From positions 1 through 64,000 of the forward strand of contig PPNB01000023.1 in assembly GCA_003707115.1 (NCBI GenBank): 64,000 nt of DNA. The letters run 5' to 3'. The notes below the pieces were generated by a model that was given only the letters and a program-made list of their open reading frames with translations, did no database searches and had not been told where the DNA came from. Source of the DNA: Tortispora ganteri (taxonomy: Eukaryota). Of this stretch, positions 20,105-32,314 are shown in pieces. How positions within the stretch are numbered: the first letter of the stretch is position 1; each line of letters opens with the position of its first letter. Both the position numbers and the translations under genes were made by a program.

Positions 20105-22648
20105 ATGAATTCAGGGATCAGACCGTCCGCATCAAACAATGCGCCACCTGGTAATTTGCTTAAAAACAATTTAGAACTTGCGTATTTTCTCAAGGGTTAC
20201 GCAAATTTTGGTAGGTCTATAGATATGAATGCTGCAGATTCAAGTGACATATCCGCCAGCAATGCTCCTCCTGATTCTCCATATGCCCGTATTCTAAACA
20301 GACTGCATTCACGATCGACGAGCAGAAACAAAATAAAATCTAAGGCTTTAATGAACGATAATTTGATATCTCACAACTATATCTCTACGGAATCATTAGC
20401 ACTGTCTTTACAGGACTCATTGCAACTGTTTGCTTCAGAATATTATTCTGAAACACATGAGCTCGCCTCTCATCTCCTCTCGAAAGGGTTCGCTGATGGT
20501 GCATTTAGCGATATCACCATAGTAGCGTTTGGGCAAGAATACCGCTTACACAAAGTAATTCTCGCGGCTTCCGGCTACTTCGCTAAGCTCTTTGGTGGTG
20601 AATGGAAGGATTCTGTGGATAGCAGGCTAGAGCTTTCTTTTGATGGATTTCCTTATGTTACTCAGTACGGTTTTGAGACTGTTCTACTTGGTCTGTACGG
20701 AAGTTTTGTCTCGAATCTTAAAGTAGATAATGTTTTGGAAGTGATTGCAACTGCTTCGTACCTGTCGGTGGATAGCATGACCGAAGCTTGCGCCGCCGCC
20801 TTGATACAGCAACTCAACTCCAACACAATTGGACCTATAATGGAATTTGTTTTGTCTTCAGATCACGGAACAGTCTCTATACTGCTTCGTGATGCGTGTT
20901 ATCATTTCGTGTATAGTACTGGCTGGGAGCTGGAACCAGAAGTGTGGCTAAACCTGCCTCCTACGAAAGTCGGGGAAATCATATGTTCTGACGCATTTTT
21001 TGTTCCTACAGAATACGACAGGTGTTTATATTTATGCATTATACTTCTACGTTTCTGGGAGTTCGAACTGTCACAAGTATCTAGCTTTGACCCCAGTGAG
21101 ACTGGTTTCCTAGATAACAAATCTACTTGCTCGGACTACGATATGGATGAATTGCACAACCAGATATACAATACATTAATGCCAATCTATGATGCTTTAG
21201 CTAAGGGTATTTACTACTACTTGATACCCTTGCAGTATTTCGCAGATTTACAGACACTCAAAGACCCTCGGGGCTCCCCGCTGATCAAGCCCTCTATAAT
21301 CCAATCAACGGTCTGGAAACAGGTATCTCTGCGTGATAAAATACTACAAGCTTCTCGCGCGGAAGATGCCTTGAGGGAAAGAAACTCTGAACGGCTACAG
21401 AACAGCGCTCTGGCCCTTGGTACAGTAAATAGCGGAAATCCAGAAACTCAGGTTGAGGATGGTGAGCTCGTATTTCCTCTTCCAGATAATGAAGGCAATT
21501 CAACGCCTGCATTTCCACTTGCAATTTACAGTATTCAAGACGATATCATTGAAGATATAAAGCAGAATAATTCTGCTTGGAGTACTCTGCCTCCCTGTCG
21601 ATTTTCCATGGAGTTCCACAATCTCTCGAAGCTCAAGCTTGACGAAAGGGTATATTCACATTCCGTCTGGTATGCTGGATCATATTGGAGTGTGTATATA
21701 ATGAAAGGTAGGAACTCTAGCCGGTCTTCTGGATATCATCTCCGCATATACCTTCGTCGTGATTTGAATGGTCCCAGGAAAGTGTCTGAAGGTTTTGCTA
21801 TTCGTAGATTGCGAGCCAAAAGGCAGAAGAAATTGTTTCCAAAACAGCGCCCAGCTTCTATGAATAGTTTAGGTTCATTGAGCGAATCCGATAATGAAGA
21901 TTCACCGTACGAAAGACAGCTTGGAGCCGTGAATATCAGTCCGCCTGAAATTGACACTGACATCACTCAAATTGTTAGTGAAGTTATTTCAGATATGCAA
22001 GGATGGGATATTGGTAGGAATTATGAGGGTGAGCATGACAGTAGTTTTGGTGAACGGATTAACAATTCTTCGACAAATTTTTTTACGAGGAACGGATCAC
22101 GCCCAAGTGACATAATATACCCGGATGAGTTCGCGAACCCTGTTTCTTTTGCAGAATCTTCTTTATCTCTCAGAAGCGAAGATCAGGTGGATATGAGTAC
22201 AAGAAGGAGTTCACAACGAGATCCTGCATACGCGGCTGCTTTGGCTGCTACGAGCAGCGTACGGCACTCTTCGTCATCAACGTCACAGATGTCGAATCAC
22301 TCATTTGCAGGACTTGGGTTCTCTAAAGCGAAAGAGGACAAGCCGAAAGAGCTGAATGACCCGCTGCACGATGCATTGTTTTCATACATAGATGATAGAT
22401 CGGAGGTCACTGCATATTATAAAATATTTGTGGCTAGTCCACCGTTGCCTTTCTGTTCAGAGGCTGTTGGTCTCGAGCTTCCTGCGAAGTTTCAGAAGAT
22501 CGGTATGACATGTTTTTCGTCTAAGCCTGATTCTTTCGAAAAATCTCGAGGTTGGGGCTGGAGATCTGACGCTTTATACTTTGTGATGGAAGAACTTGCA
22601 GCAAGAGATGCGCCATTGAAGGTTACGGTTAATATTGGATATGTTTAA
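20105..22648 (+). CDS. BTB/POZ protein with a split MATH-like C-terminal region
   Basis: FSDITIVAFGQEYRLHKVILAASGYF (BTB), FFVPTEYDRC, PPCRFSMEF, YSHSVWYAGSYW and GWGW. The start could be 20105 or 20225. Confidence 0.8.
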   Translation: MNSGIRPSASNNAPPGNLLKNNLELAYFLKGYANFGRSIDMNAADSSDISASNAPPDSPYARILNRLHSRSTSRNKIKSKALMNDNLISHNYISTESLALSLQDSLQLFASEYYSETHELASHLLSKGFADGAFSDITIVAFGQEYRLHKVILAASGYFAKLFGGEWKDSVDSRLELSFDGFPYVTQYGFETVLLGLYGSFVSNLKVDNVLEVIATASYLSVDSMTEACAAALIQQLNSNTIGPIMEFVLSSDHGTVSILLRDACYHFVYSTGWELEPEVWLNLPPTKVGEIICSDAFFVPTEYDRCLYLCIILLRFWEFELSQVSSFDPSETGFLDNKSTCSDYDMDELHNQIYNTLMPIYDALAKGIYYYLIPLQYFADLQTLKDPRGSPLIKPSIIQSTVWKQVSLRDKILQASRAEDALRERNSERLQNSALALGTVNSGNPETQVEDGELVFPLPDNEGNSTPAFPLAIYSIQDDIIEDIKQNNSAWSTLPPCRFSMEFHNLSKLKLDERVYSHSVWYAGSYWSVYIMKGRNSSRSSGYHLRIYLRRDLNGPRKVSEGFAIRRLRAKRQKKLFPKQRPASMNSLGSLSESDNEDSPYERQLGAVNISPPEIDTDITQIVSEVISDMQGWDIGRNYEGEHDSSFGERINNSSTNFFTRNGSRPSDIIYPDEFANPVSFAESSLSLRSEDQVDMSTRRSSQRDPAYAAALAATSSVRHSSSSTSQMSNHSFAGLGFSKAKEDKPKELNDPLHDALFSYIDDRSEVTAYYKIFVASPPLPFCSEAVGLELPAKFQKIGMTCFSSKPDSFEKSRGWGWRSDALYFVMEELAARDAPLKVTVNIGYV

Positions 22649-22854
22649 TGCATGTTAAACAGGTTTTTATTTGAACTTCGAACTTCGTAAATTTGTTCTT
22701 GCTTTTTAACGAGAACAAATTAAATATATATATATACACACACACAAGATAGACAAATGCAGGTTTCTTGGTTCTATAATCTGTTTCCTCCGAGGAGTAC
22801 TGGTCGTTAAGTAAACCGTTGTGAATGATGGCGGAAAGAACTTTCAAGCACGTC

Positions 22855-23425
22855 TTAGGCAGCAAGAGCGGCTCCAGAAGAGCCTGATTCGGGAATCATA
22901 GGAGCGATGGGTTTAGATTGCCAAGCCATGTAGCGCTGCATCATGATACCTACACCTTCGAAGATGGCGAGCAAGCATGCACATCCGATAGCAGAACCAC
23001 GCATATGTTTCCAGCCGCCACGCACGGCTAGTGCTCCACCTGTGAAAAATCCAGCAATTATAGCGTTAAAGGGGTCTTCCTTGCGACGAATACCTTTGAC
23101 GGCGCAATCGAATGTAGAGAATAGTCCTCCCCATACGCCGAAGTTGCCGCCTACAACGGGAGCTCTAGCCTTAATAGCAGAGATCGCACCGATCCTTCGT
23201 TCACCAATAGGAGAGTTACGAAATCCCTTAATACCATGCCAAATAGTTCCACCAATAGCCTAAAGTTGTTAGTACATGTAAATCAAAGGTAGCCGGAAGA
23301 AAAAAAAAAGGACCGTTGAATCGTCAATGTAATAGACGCCTATAAATACTTACACCCATAGCGAAAGCGCCACCGAAATCGTTTAAAATAACAACTGGAC
23401 ACGGATCTCTAGAATGATCAGCCAT
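22855..23425 (-). CDS. TIM17: Mitochondrial inner-membrane translocase Tim17; join complement(23354..23425,22855..23259)
   Basis: Exon 1 [24 protein letters not shown], intron 23260-23353 (GTAAGT...TACTAAC...TAG), exon 2 [17 protein letters not shown]...; 158 aa. Not in the ORF track. Confidence 0.96.
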
Positions 23426-23561
23426 TTTTTCTTTTTCTTTTTTTTTTTTGATATATATATATTACTTTATACGCTTATCAATGAAATAACAAGAAAAAAG
23501 TTGCTCGTGCAAGCTTCGCTAGGATTGTTCAAGTGAACGTCCCATAAATTTTACTACTCAT

Positions 23562-23573
23562 CCCTAACCCTAA
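23562..23573. promoter_or_regulatory. Telobox (CCCTAA)2 in the TIM17/MTQ1 bidirectional promoter
   Basis: CCCTAACCCTAA read directly; related boxes occur in several other promoters of the window. Confidence 0.55.
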
Positions 23574-23625
23574 TACTTTTACATTAAGCAACGACATCAA
23601 CCGATATCGGCCGGCGTCTTTTACG

Positions 23626-24417
23626 ATGCTTCGAGTACGCAATGTTGCTGTGCGACATGTGCATTTTGATGCACAGGAGCTGCGTTGGATTCGTGAGCAC
23701 TTTGGTAGCAACGCGCGACTAGTAGATCAAGCAGTTGCGAGACGTCAATCCGGGGAACCGTTGCAGTATATACTCGGTTCTCAACCATTCGGGCCTTTAG
23801 ATATCCGTTGCAACCAAAAAGTGCTGATCCCGCGTCCGGAGACAGAACAATGGGCTACTAGACTATTGCAACATATGCCTGAGGACGCTACGGTTCTGGA
23901 TGTAGGTACTGGTTCAGGTTGCATTGCTTTGTTATTAGCGCAAAAGGCCAAATCAGTATGGGCAGTTGATATCAGCGAAGATGCTCTTAATGTTGCGCGC
24001 GAAAATGCTACAATCCATAATATCAAAAACGTCACATTCATTAAAGGGGACTATACAGACTCTACACTGGGATCTGTGATCACTGTAAAACATCTAGTTG
24101 ATCCAGATATAATAGTGTCTAACCCGCCTTACATTTTGCAAGACGAGTACGATCAACTAGACCGGTCGGTGTCTGAATACGAACCAAAAATCGCGCTGCT
24201 TGGTACTGACAAATCAGTCTTAGCCGTCTTCATTCTTGCCCAGTATTACAAAAGATGTAACGACTGTATCGTTGAGGTAGGTAGCGCCCAGCAAGCTAAA
24301 AGGGTCATAAGTCGTCTAGATCGTTCCATATGGCAAACAGCATATGTGTGGTACGACTTCGCCAACAAAGGCAGGTGTATTGTGGCAAGCAGGAACAGCG
24401 CTGGATTACTGAAATGA
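23626..24417 (+). CDS. MTQ1: HemK/PrmC-family release-factor glutamine methyltransferase, mitochondrial
   Basis: RRQSGEPLQYILGSQPF, VLIPRPETE, LDVGTGSGCIAL and SNPPY. Confidence 0.88.
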   Translation: MLRVRNVAVRHVHFDAQELRWIREHFGSNARLVDQAVARRQSGEPLQYILGSQPFGPLDIRCNQKVLIPRPETEQWATRLLQHMPEDATVLDVGTGSGCIALLLAQKAKSVWAVDISEDALNVARENATIHNIKNVTFIKGDYTDSTLGSVITVKHLVDPDIIVSNPPYILQDEYDQLDRSVSEYEPKIALLGTDKSVLAVFILAQYYKRCNDCIVEVGSAQQAKRVISRLDRSIWQTAYVWYDFANKGRCIVASRNSAGLLK

Positions 24418-24419
24418 TC

Positions 24420-27400
24420 TTATTCGGATTGCTTATCTTTCTTATCCGCTCGCTGTTCAAACAATTCCTTCATTCGTGCATAGTGTGCTAGCTCTTCTGA
24501 AGAAACACTCGGTACCAATGCGTCATGTGCCCGCTGGAAATCTTGCTTTGTCACCTCTACTTCCAAATCCTCATCACATACATGCTCAAACCACCATCTT
24601 GTAGACACAGGTTTCTCTCTCCTAGCGTTGAACTCCTTCACTTTCTGGTCAACTTCCTCCGCTGTCCGTGTCATTGCATTCAGCATAGCGTCTGAGCATA
24701 ACGCATAGAAATCGGCACCAGTGTATGAATATGCACACATCTCCGCGATATCAGTCATTTTCAGACCCGCCTCAAGACGGAACTTGCGTGTAAGTGCCTC
24801 TAAGATCTTCGCCTGTTGATCTCGAGTGGATGCCGTTCCCAAATATACCATTTTATCGAATCTTCCCGGTCGCAATAAAGCAGGATCCAACAAATCGGGC
24901 CTATTTGTAGCACCCACCACGAACACTCCGCCTTCACTGTCGTTAGACATGCCGTCTAGTTCAGCCAAAAGCTGGGACACTATACGGTCCATAACACCAC
25001 CTGAGTCGCCTTGGTTTCCTCTTTTTGGTGCCACTGAGTCAAGTTCGTCAAAAAATACAACGCAGGGTCGTGAATCTCTGGCCCTTTGAAAAACATGCCT
25101 CACATTAGCTTCGGACTCGCCAATATACATGTTAAGCAGCTCTGGACCTTTCACAGAGAAAAAATTAAGAGAGAACGACGTAGCAATAGCCTTCGCTAGA
25201 AGAGTTTTTCCTGTTCCAGGCGGACCGTAAAATAGAATTCCGGACCTTTTCTTAACACCAGAAGCAAAAAGTTGAGGATGCTTCAGCGGTAGTTCAATAG
25301 TGTCAAGGATATCTTTCTTGACATCACCCATGCCACCTACGTCTGCCCATTGCACGTTAGGTATTCTTGGAGCTCCAATAGAATCGGAATATTTCTGGCG
25401 AGCCTCAGATATAGCGTCAAAAAAGTCGGCCGCCGATAAAGTAAATACACCGCCATTTAACAGCTGTGCATCTTCAATGTTGAATGATTCTCCTTTCTCG
25501 ATACTCTTGCATTGAGCAACTTCCACAATAGCGCGAAGATCCATGGGTGTGAGACCAGCACTCTGCAGCGCCAAATCAGATAGATAAACGTCAGGTGCAA
25601 TGCCAAAACGTATGATTCCGGTCCTATTAGAACTTGTGATGTTCTTCAAAGATCCTGTTACCTGCAGTCCATCGGCAAGTAGAAATTCGAAACATTTCTG
25701 TCTCTCTTGTGGTCCAGGCACCGGTATCTGTAGTTCAAATTTGAATGAAGACCTAGCTGTATCAGGAAGTGAATCCGGCTCTACCACTGTTCCAATAATG
25801 ACGACACTGGAATTCTTCACAATATCAGAGAACCGAGAGCCGTCTTCAGGCGATGTCCCGCTTAGGCTTTCTTTAGCAAGAGCCTCAATGTGAGTGATGA
25901 GCACGATATTGTGAGCACAAGCTTCTGCTCTTTCAATCTTAGCTTTGAGAGATCCAAATGTTTTTGCATCTGTGTCGGCAAGTACATCGTAGGCAGATAT
26001 TTCTGCAGCATGCAATCCCAAAGATGCTGCAACTGATCGCACCAACGTTGCTTTGCCTACACCACGTTTAGATGAGTGAACAAGTACAGAAGGAACAAGG
26101 CCTCGAAGAGATGAGGCCCGCAAGAGGTTCTGCAGGTACCTACCAGCATTAGACTTCAATACATACTCAGGGTATGCAGGAAGACCATAGTACGAACGAA
26201 ATGGAACTTCCAGAGAAGGGGGTTGCAGGCAATCTTCAGAACCCGACTGTACCAAGCGCGTTTGAGTGGGATCAACAAGAGTTTCTGAGCCATCCGTTGA
26301 ATTAGAAGCTATTTTGAACCAAACAATAGCGTCTGGCTCTGAATAGGGGCTGCTATTCAAAAGCGTGTCATATGCTAGCTGATCGAACGTTGGATTGGCT
26401 GATACTGTCCCAGGACTAGTTTGATCTGTTTCGTTGGCGTTTTCAGAAGTTGTACCTGTATAAAATACGGACGAAAGTTTTGTATCAATCGGAATAGGTA
26501 TAAGGTCTCCAGAATGTACTACCCGAGATTCGCTCTCAAAATAATTCCGCAGACCAGCGAGGTACGATGACTGGTAAATTCGCTCAGAAGACAAATATGA
26601 AGATACACGCATTATTGTCACTTCTTTTGCGACAGGGCAGCTGCTGATTTTCGCCTTCTTCACAGTCAAAAAAGTTGGGCGGTTCAAATTGTACCATATG
26701 ACAGGTGGAAGTCGTATTGAATTCAAAGATTCCTGCAGACTTACTGTAATATACGATGACTTCCCCTCCGGCGTAGTAATTTTGACCGTTCCTCCGGTCA
26801 TCAAACCGAGTTTCATGAGGGAATCTTGTCCGAGTAGCGCGCAATCAGTGTTGCCTTTGCGTTCGGCAATTGGAGCGCATGAAAGGGACAGGGAAGCGGA
26901 GTTAGTGTCAATAGTCATCTCAGAAGACAAAAAAACAGACATATCATCGTGGTTTTGGGTATCGGAATCGCCATGCTCGCTTGATGGACTTGCAGTGAGG
27001 TTTACGGAAGAAATCGAGGATTCAGAAATTGAAGGGTTGTAAAGGACAGTGAATTGAGTTGTCTTTGCAACTAGAAGTTGATTAAGTGGTTCCACTAAAT
27101 TGCATTTCATAATGCTTTCCGGGAAATTAATAGAATTGATAGTTTGACCGGTGCGAAGAACAGATTCGTCAAAGAGTGAGTGTATGAGAGAATGATCCGC
27201 GCGGAACTTTTCATAGCAAGATAAACTTCCTACAGAGAGAATAATGTGTTCTGCTGGAGGTATATCGTATGATGCTAATGACATAAGCAAACAAGATACA
27301 CCTTGCAATGAACCTATGAATACGCTGTGCGGTAGAAGAGCCTCGGCACAACTTGGTAGCATCAGTGCACGCTTAGTGGGTGTATCGGGAGCCGCTCTAA

Positions 27401-27656
27401 CTGCTCTTAGAATGGTCCATCGGGGTGATGAATTCCAAGATTCAGGTACAGGCTGTATATGCAAGTTCTGCTGATACGATGAGGGTAACAAGGCTACATA
27501 TGCAGAAGACAGTTCAGGAGAGAAAAAGGAGTCGAATATGTCTGGAGAGAGTGCGATTGTGTACTCGTCTATAATCGAATCAGCTGATGCTGTCACAGAG
27601 AAAAGTGAAACAGATATTGGTGCCGTTAGAGACACGTGCTGGGCAATCGAAGGCAT
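24420..27656 (-). CDS. PEX6: Peroxisomal AAA ATPase Pex6
   Basis: [43 protein letters not shown] and [24 protein letters not shown]; degenerate D1 domain. Confidence 0.96.
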   Translation of the reverse strand: MPSIAQHVSLTAPISVSLFSVTASADSIIDEYTIALSPDIFDSFFSPELSSAYVALLPSSYQQNLHIQPVPESWNSSPRWTILRAVRAAPDTPTKRALMLPSCAEALLPHSVFIGSLQGVSCLLMSLASYDIPPAEHIILSVGSLSCYEKFRADHSLIHSLFDESVLRTGQTINSINFPESIMKCNLVEPLNQLLVAKTTQFTVLYNPSISESSISSVNLTASPSSEHGDSDTQNHDDMSVFLSSEMTIDTNSASLSLSCAPIAERKGNTDCALLGQDSLMKLGLMTGGTVKITTPEGKSSYITVSLQESLNSIRLPPVIWYNLNRPTFLTVKKAKISSCPVAKEVTIMRVSSYLSSERIYQSSYLAGLRNYFESESRVVHSGDLIPIPIDTKLSSVFYTGTTSENANETDQTSPGTVSANPTFDQLAYDTLLNSSPYSEPDAIVWFKIASNSTDGSETLVDPTQTRLVQSGSEDCLQPPSLEVPFRSYYGLPAYPEYVLKSNAGRYLQNLLRASSLRGLVPSVLVHSSKRGVGKATLVRSVAASLGLHAAEISAYDVLADTDAKTFGSLKAKIERAEACAHNIVLITHIEALAKESLSGTSPEDGSRFSDIVKNSSVVIIGTVVEPDSLPDTARSSFKFELQIPVPGPQERQKCFEFLLADGLQVTGSLKNITSSNRTGIIRFGIAPDVYLSDLALQSAGLTPMDLRAIVEVAQCKSIEKGESFNIEDAQLLNGGVFTLSAADFFDAISEARQKYSDSIGAPRIPNVQWADVGGMGDVKKDILDTIELPLKHPQLFASGVKKRSGILFYGPPGTGKTLLAKAIATSFSLNFFSVKGPELLNMYIGESEANVRHVFQRARDSRPCVVFFDELDSVAPKRGNQGDSGGVMDRIVSQLLAELDGMSNDSEGGVFVVGATNRPDLLDPALLRPGRFDKMVYLGTASTRDQQAKILEALTRKFRLEAGLKMTDIAEMCAYSYTGADFYALCSDAMLNAMTRTAEEVDQKVKEFNARREKPVSTRWWFEHVCDEDLEVEVTKQDFQRAHDALVPSVSSEELAHYARMKELFEQRADKKDKQSE

Positions 27657-30600
27657 GCTTGATCGATAAAATGGAAGACCAAGTGGATGTACCCCACAAT
27701 GAAGCTTGGCCTGGTGTTGTTAACACCCGAAATATATTAGTGGATTAGGGTATTATCTGAGTTTTTTTTCAAGGCCTATGCGCAGCAGATTGCCAGTCGT
27801 CATTTTAAAGCGGTTTCGAAAGGTCTACGCACGCTGGATAAGTTAGAGCAGCTAATGGACAGAGATGAAATTCCAGTATTGTTGAATGGAAGGGAAATGT
27901 TAGTGAGATAGTGGTGGGAAAGATATTAATAAGTACTGCTAAAGGAACTGGCGATTTCGAAGTCGTACGGATAACATGTCAATAAGGTTCTACATGTTAT
28001 TAAGCGAGAATTGAAAGTAGAGAATGTGAATATATTCAAGTTTGACGTCTTGTTAACAAAGAAAAAACGGTTACGTCTCGTTAGTTAATATCGTATGAGC
28101 ATCTATTTAAGATGAAGAAGCCTTTAGTATGTAAAGTTAATAAAAAATAGAGTTATGGAAAGTTTTCTTTATAAACTATCGGGGCGGACTTTGAAGAATT
28201 AAACAGCGGAAGAAAGTAAAAGCGTCAAAAGGGAATGTGCCCGGCTGAAAATTACAACGATCAATGTGAATAAAGAAATAATAGAGAGAGCAATACCATC
28301 TATTAGTGGTTATCAGTTACATTGATCGCGTGCGCGATCGAAATAAAATAATAATAGATAGAACGGTACTGGAAACGCGAGTTGCCGTCCACGCTAATTT
28401 GAATGTACGCCGTAATTCGCAGAAATAAAGTCTGGAAGGTCGGCATGATTTTTTTACCTTTCAGCCCATCATTGATATGACCACGTGGACGGAAATGCCG
28501 CTCAATTATGGAAAAAAATAACACCTGCGCTTTTGCAATGTTGTGCTATTCTAAACTTTCGTTAGCTCTAACAAGCTTGTGTTCTTCGTATGCGGGTAAA
28601 AGTTAGCTCCAAATCCTCGGATACGACCGACCTAACGGCTTGCAGAGCATAAATATTTCCTCACTTGGTGGCAGATGCGCACCGGACTTTGACAAGCAGG
28701 ACGGTGACTTTTTCTATCTTAAAGTTCGCTTAAGCTTTCATGTTCCTGACCATAATAGAGTTTAAATGAACGTAAATTATATGAGAGTTGTAAGCGAGGG
28801 GCCGTTTCAATCGATCCTTAAAGCGAAGCTAGTTTTGTTTCTCCTCTAGGAACACCACAGGGCGCTCCAGTACACACACTTATATAAACATTTTGTAGCT
28901 TATTCTCCTTTTTTGCACATCTGATCGAATAGAATAAAAATTATACGCATAGGCTAAGAAGCCTAATCGTACTAAATCCCGGGCAATCCCGTACCTGTCT
29001 CGCATTTAAGCTTAGTAGGCGAATGTTCCCCGGCGAACTCTGGCTTTGGACTAGCAACAAGAGGAAAAAATCTTATGCATTTTTAGCATTTTTGATTGCA
29101 CATTTTTAGGGAAAATGTTGGCAAAATAAGGGATGGTAAGTGGGAATGTTGAATGTAAATGTGCGCATTTCGGGCCTGGTTTTGGGTACACGTCTGTGTT
29201 GTTTCCGATTGTAGAAGTCGAAAAATTGCACATCAGTTACTTACGTAAATATCAAACCAGTCCAATTTTTACATCCAAATTGCAAAGTATAGCGCTCATT
29301 TACCGCACATCTGACACTATAATCTATGAAGGCCTGGAATTCTAGACTAATGCAACTAATCAACATCTGTCGAATATATGAAATGCCTAAACAAGTAATC
29401 GGAAAGAAATAATAGTATGCGCAAGACGCCGGCAAAAGGCCGAGAAGAACTTAATTCCAATTTAGCTTCCTTTGTGCTTATTGCGGGCATCGTCTTTCAA
29501 CACGTTATAAGTACGGCATGTAGAGTTCAAAACTTCAGCATAATGCTCGATTCTTGCACGTATCTTCTTAACAGCCAACTGTATTACTTCGTTCATTCCA
29601 TGGAACTTCTGTCAAATATGACTTGCAGCACAAAGAAGGCTGAAGCAAGGTCTATTTCCGAAACCTTCGCGGGCTGCTGCCAACCTTGAGAGCCTTTTTT
29701 TTAAAAAAGTGAAATTTTAGTCTTGTGCGAAAAGAAGCGTTAGAATTGGTCTATGTCCAATTACAGCTTTTAGTAGGGCAAATATTATGCTTTTAAACAG
29801 TTTCATTATCCAAAAGCAATCTCTCTTAACTTTCTAGATCGGAAAAGTTAATCTTAATAAAGTTTGATAATTTCGAAAAAAAGGGCGCCCTAACGTTTAG
29901 GCAATCGAGATTCTTGTGTTTCGTTGACTTGTTTACGGCCTCAAACCCTGATCATATATGAGAAGTATTGCGTTTTCCGTCCCTCCTCGCTTCCCGCTAC
30001 AGTTCAAGATCTTTCTTACGAAACACTCCATTTCATTCTATAAGAGGCACCACATTCCACTCGAAGTACCCTCTATTCATAAACGTCCTCTTATTCGTCC
30101 CAAAAAAAAACTATTAACCGGATAGGCGCCTCACTGTTCTTAACAAGTAAGGTACAACTGCATAACTTATTTAGGAAAAACATAGCTGCCTCAACCTAGC
30201 TCTGTTCTAGCTATATACGCACAGTTACACGCCTGCAAAACCAAAGGGCGTTTACAATTCACCCACTTTTCTGTTTCTCTTCATCCTCTTCTTCATTCTT
30301 CCCTCTGATCCGTTTTTGCATCACGCTCACGCTTAACTACCTCGCATCTCTTCTCCCTCTTTCCTCTGACTTGCAATTCGCTCGTCATAGAGCCCTTGAT
30401 TTCCAAAGAATACGGAAAGTGTATAGACTGGAATTTGTTGTTACGTCAAATAACTAAGCTGTCTGTCTTCATCTGCCTTCGCTAGCCACAGGTGGATCAG
30501 AAATAGGTAGTCTGCCTCGACTGATAGAACATCTTTTTTCGCCCTTCGATTATATCGGCTCTCTCAGCTGTCCAGTTACTCATTGTCGTCCTAAGGCCAG

Positions 30601-30809
30601 CTTTCCACCGCATACTGTCCAGGCATAGTCACTCTTGTTAGTAATACACACAGTGGCTCGAAAACTCATCGTGGCTGCCAACAGTAATTGTTGCACAGAT
30701 TCAATAAACTCGTGCTAACAAGCATATGTCTATAGCTTTCGTCGAACAAACACGAGGTGTGCAATCAAGCCTTGTACTGCGAGCTTCCGGGAACAGCGAA
30801 CAGCTTTCA

Positions 30810-31895
30810 ATGTCTCAACCACCACTCGGCGGTTTGCATCAGAAAAATCAACAGTCAAGACAGCAAAACTATACGCAAGATCAGAAACATTACCTCGATC
30901 ATAAAATACCGAACTTTACTTCCGGAAATGTTGCAAGTCCATCTGGGTTTGCACCTCATACGACTGTATTTGCCAATAACCCTCAGCAACATAACTTTAG
31001 ACCCAGTCCGTCAATGACAGGGTATGACGAACAACAGAGTCGTCCCATAGGCGATGGTACTGTACCGAATTACGTTGGTCCTATAATGCCAGGTCATGTC
31101 ACCAATACATCTCCATATTCCAGCAGTAATATGACATATATCGGAGTCAGATACGACGAATCGGCACCAGGGTACAGAGGTACTAGCCTTCCTGGAACTG
31201 CTGCCACTGCAATGAGACCTGGCCAGCATAGCTGGCCAGAGTACTCAGGTACTCAGTACCGGCCCTGGACCGATACCTCCGGAATGACCGTAAACCAGGA
31301 CATAAGCGACTCCACACGCGGGGAAGTTGCTACAGAATATTTGTACCAACATCACGGTGTACCACATGCGGGAACTGAACAAGCACGCGCGTCGGCATAC
31401 GAAGGCCCGACGTTGTCGGCGGTCGCAGGAGGTCCATATTATGATAATCGAATGTACCAGCCTGGCGTATACGGTAGACCTGCTGCAGGAGCCACGCCGT
31501 CGATGACTACGCATCCTGTTACGAGCTTTTCAGCCGACAAACATCAGCATCAGAATCAAAATCAAGAACCATCAGAGACGCATTCACGCACTTACAGTCG
31601 TTCTCCGGCGCTTAGACAAAATCATAAAATTGCAGAAAGAAGACGGCGGCGTGACATGGCGGAGCTGTACGCCCGTCTGCGGGATTTGCTACCTAATAAT
31701 CAAGGTCCGAAGAATAGCAAGCACGATATTTTGCAATTGGCTGTGAATTATTTAAGTAATTTAAGAGACGCAGGCTACCCGGTATCAGTACACCCGCATG
31801 AAAAAGAAGGAAAACAGCAAATATCAAATCAGCCAGACGAGATGCTGAACCATCAGCCACAGCATTCGCAACAACAAGAATCTGAGCACGGATAA
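30810..31895 (+). CDS. bHLH transcription factor, DevR/Esc1-like
   Basis: YSRSPALRQNHKIAERRRRRDMAELYARLRDLLP...SKHDILQLAVNYL after a Q/P/S-rich N-terminus. The start is 30810 or 30726 depending on splicing. Confidence 0.82.
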   Translation: MSQPPLGGLHQKNQQSRQQNYTQDQKHYLDHKIPNFTSGNVASPSGFAPHTTVFANNPQQHNFRPSPSMTGYDEQQSRPIGDGTVPNYVGPIMPGHVTNTSPYSSSNMTYIGVRYDESAPGYRGTSLPGTAATAMRPGQHSWPEYSGTQYRPWTDTSGMTVNQDISDSTRGEVATEYLYQHHGVPHAGTEQARASAYEGPTLSAVAGGPYYDNRMYQPGVYGRPAAGATPSMTTHPVTSFSADKHQHQNQNQEPSETHSRTYSRSPALRQNHKIAERRRRRDMAELYARLRDLLPNNQGPKNSKHDILQLAVNYLSNLRDAGYPVSVHPHEKEGKQQISNQPDEMLNHQPQHSQQQESEHG

Positions 31896-31896
31896 G

Positions 31897-31920
31897 TATA
31901 TATATATATATATATATATA
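31897..31920. repeat. (TA)12 microsatellite just after the bHLH stop
   Basis: Read directly; also resembles yeast TATATA 3'-end efficiency elements. Confidence 0.9.
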
Positions 31921-32314
31921 GCTACTGCTATATGACTGACGCTCCAATGCCTGCGCCGTCTTTTTTAGGATTTTAAAATCTCCTTTGACATACGACGGGT
32001 CTAGTATTGACTTGAATTGGTCTTATTATTTTTCATTTTTAATGATTCCTTTTTCCTTTTACTTTCTCTTTTGTGCATATACTAGTAATTTACACTTGTA
32101 TAGTATCATTTTACATTTGTGTACTAGAAGTCGCGAATTCTAGTTCCATATCTTCTTAGTTGACCATACTTAGAGTTTTTGCCTAATTCAATCTCACAAC
32201 GTGACCCAGCATCACCTCACTTCCCTGACCAACATTTACTCATTGTACTTTCTACCATTGCTTTAACGCTACCAGTCACAATTTCCTCTCTAGCATATCT
32301 TTAACTTCTGCAAT

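Noticed and set aside
22943..23263. 106-aa + strand ORF
   Set aside because: It is the antisense shadow of TIM17 exon 2.
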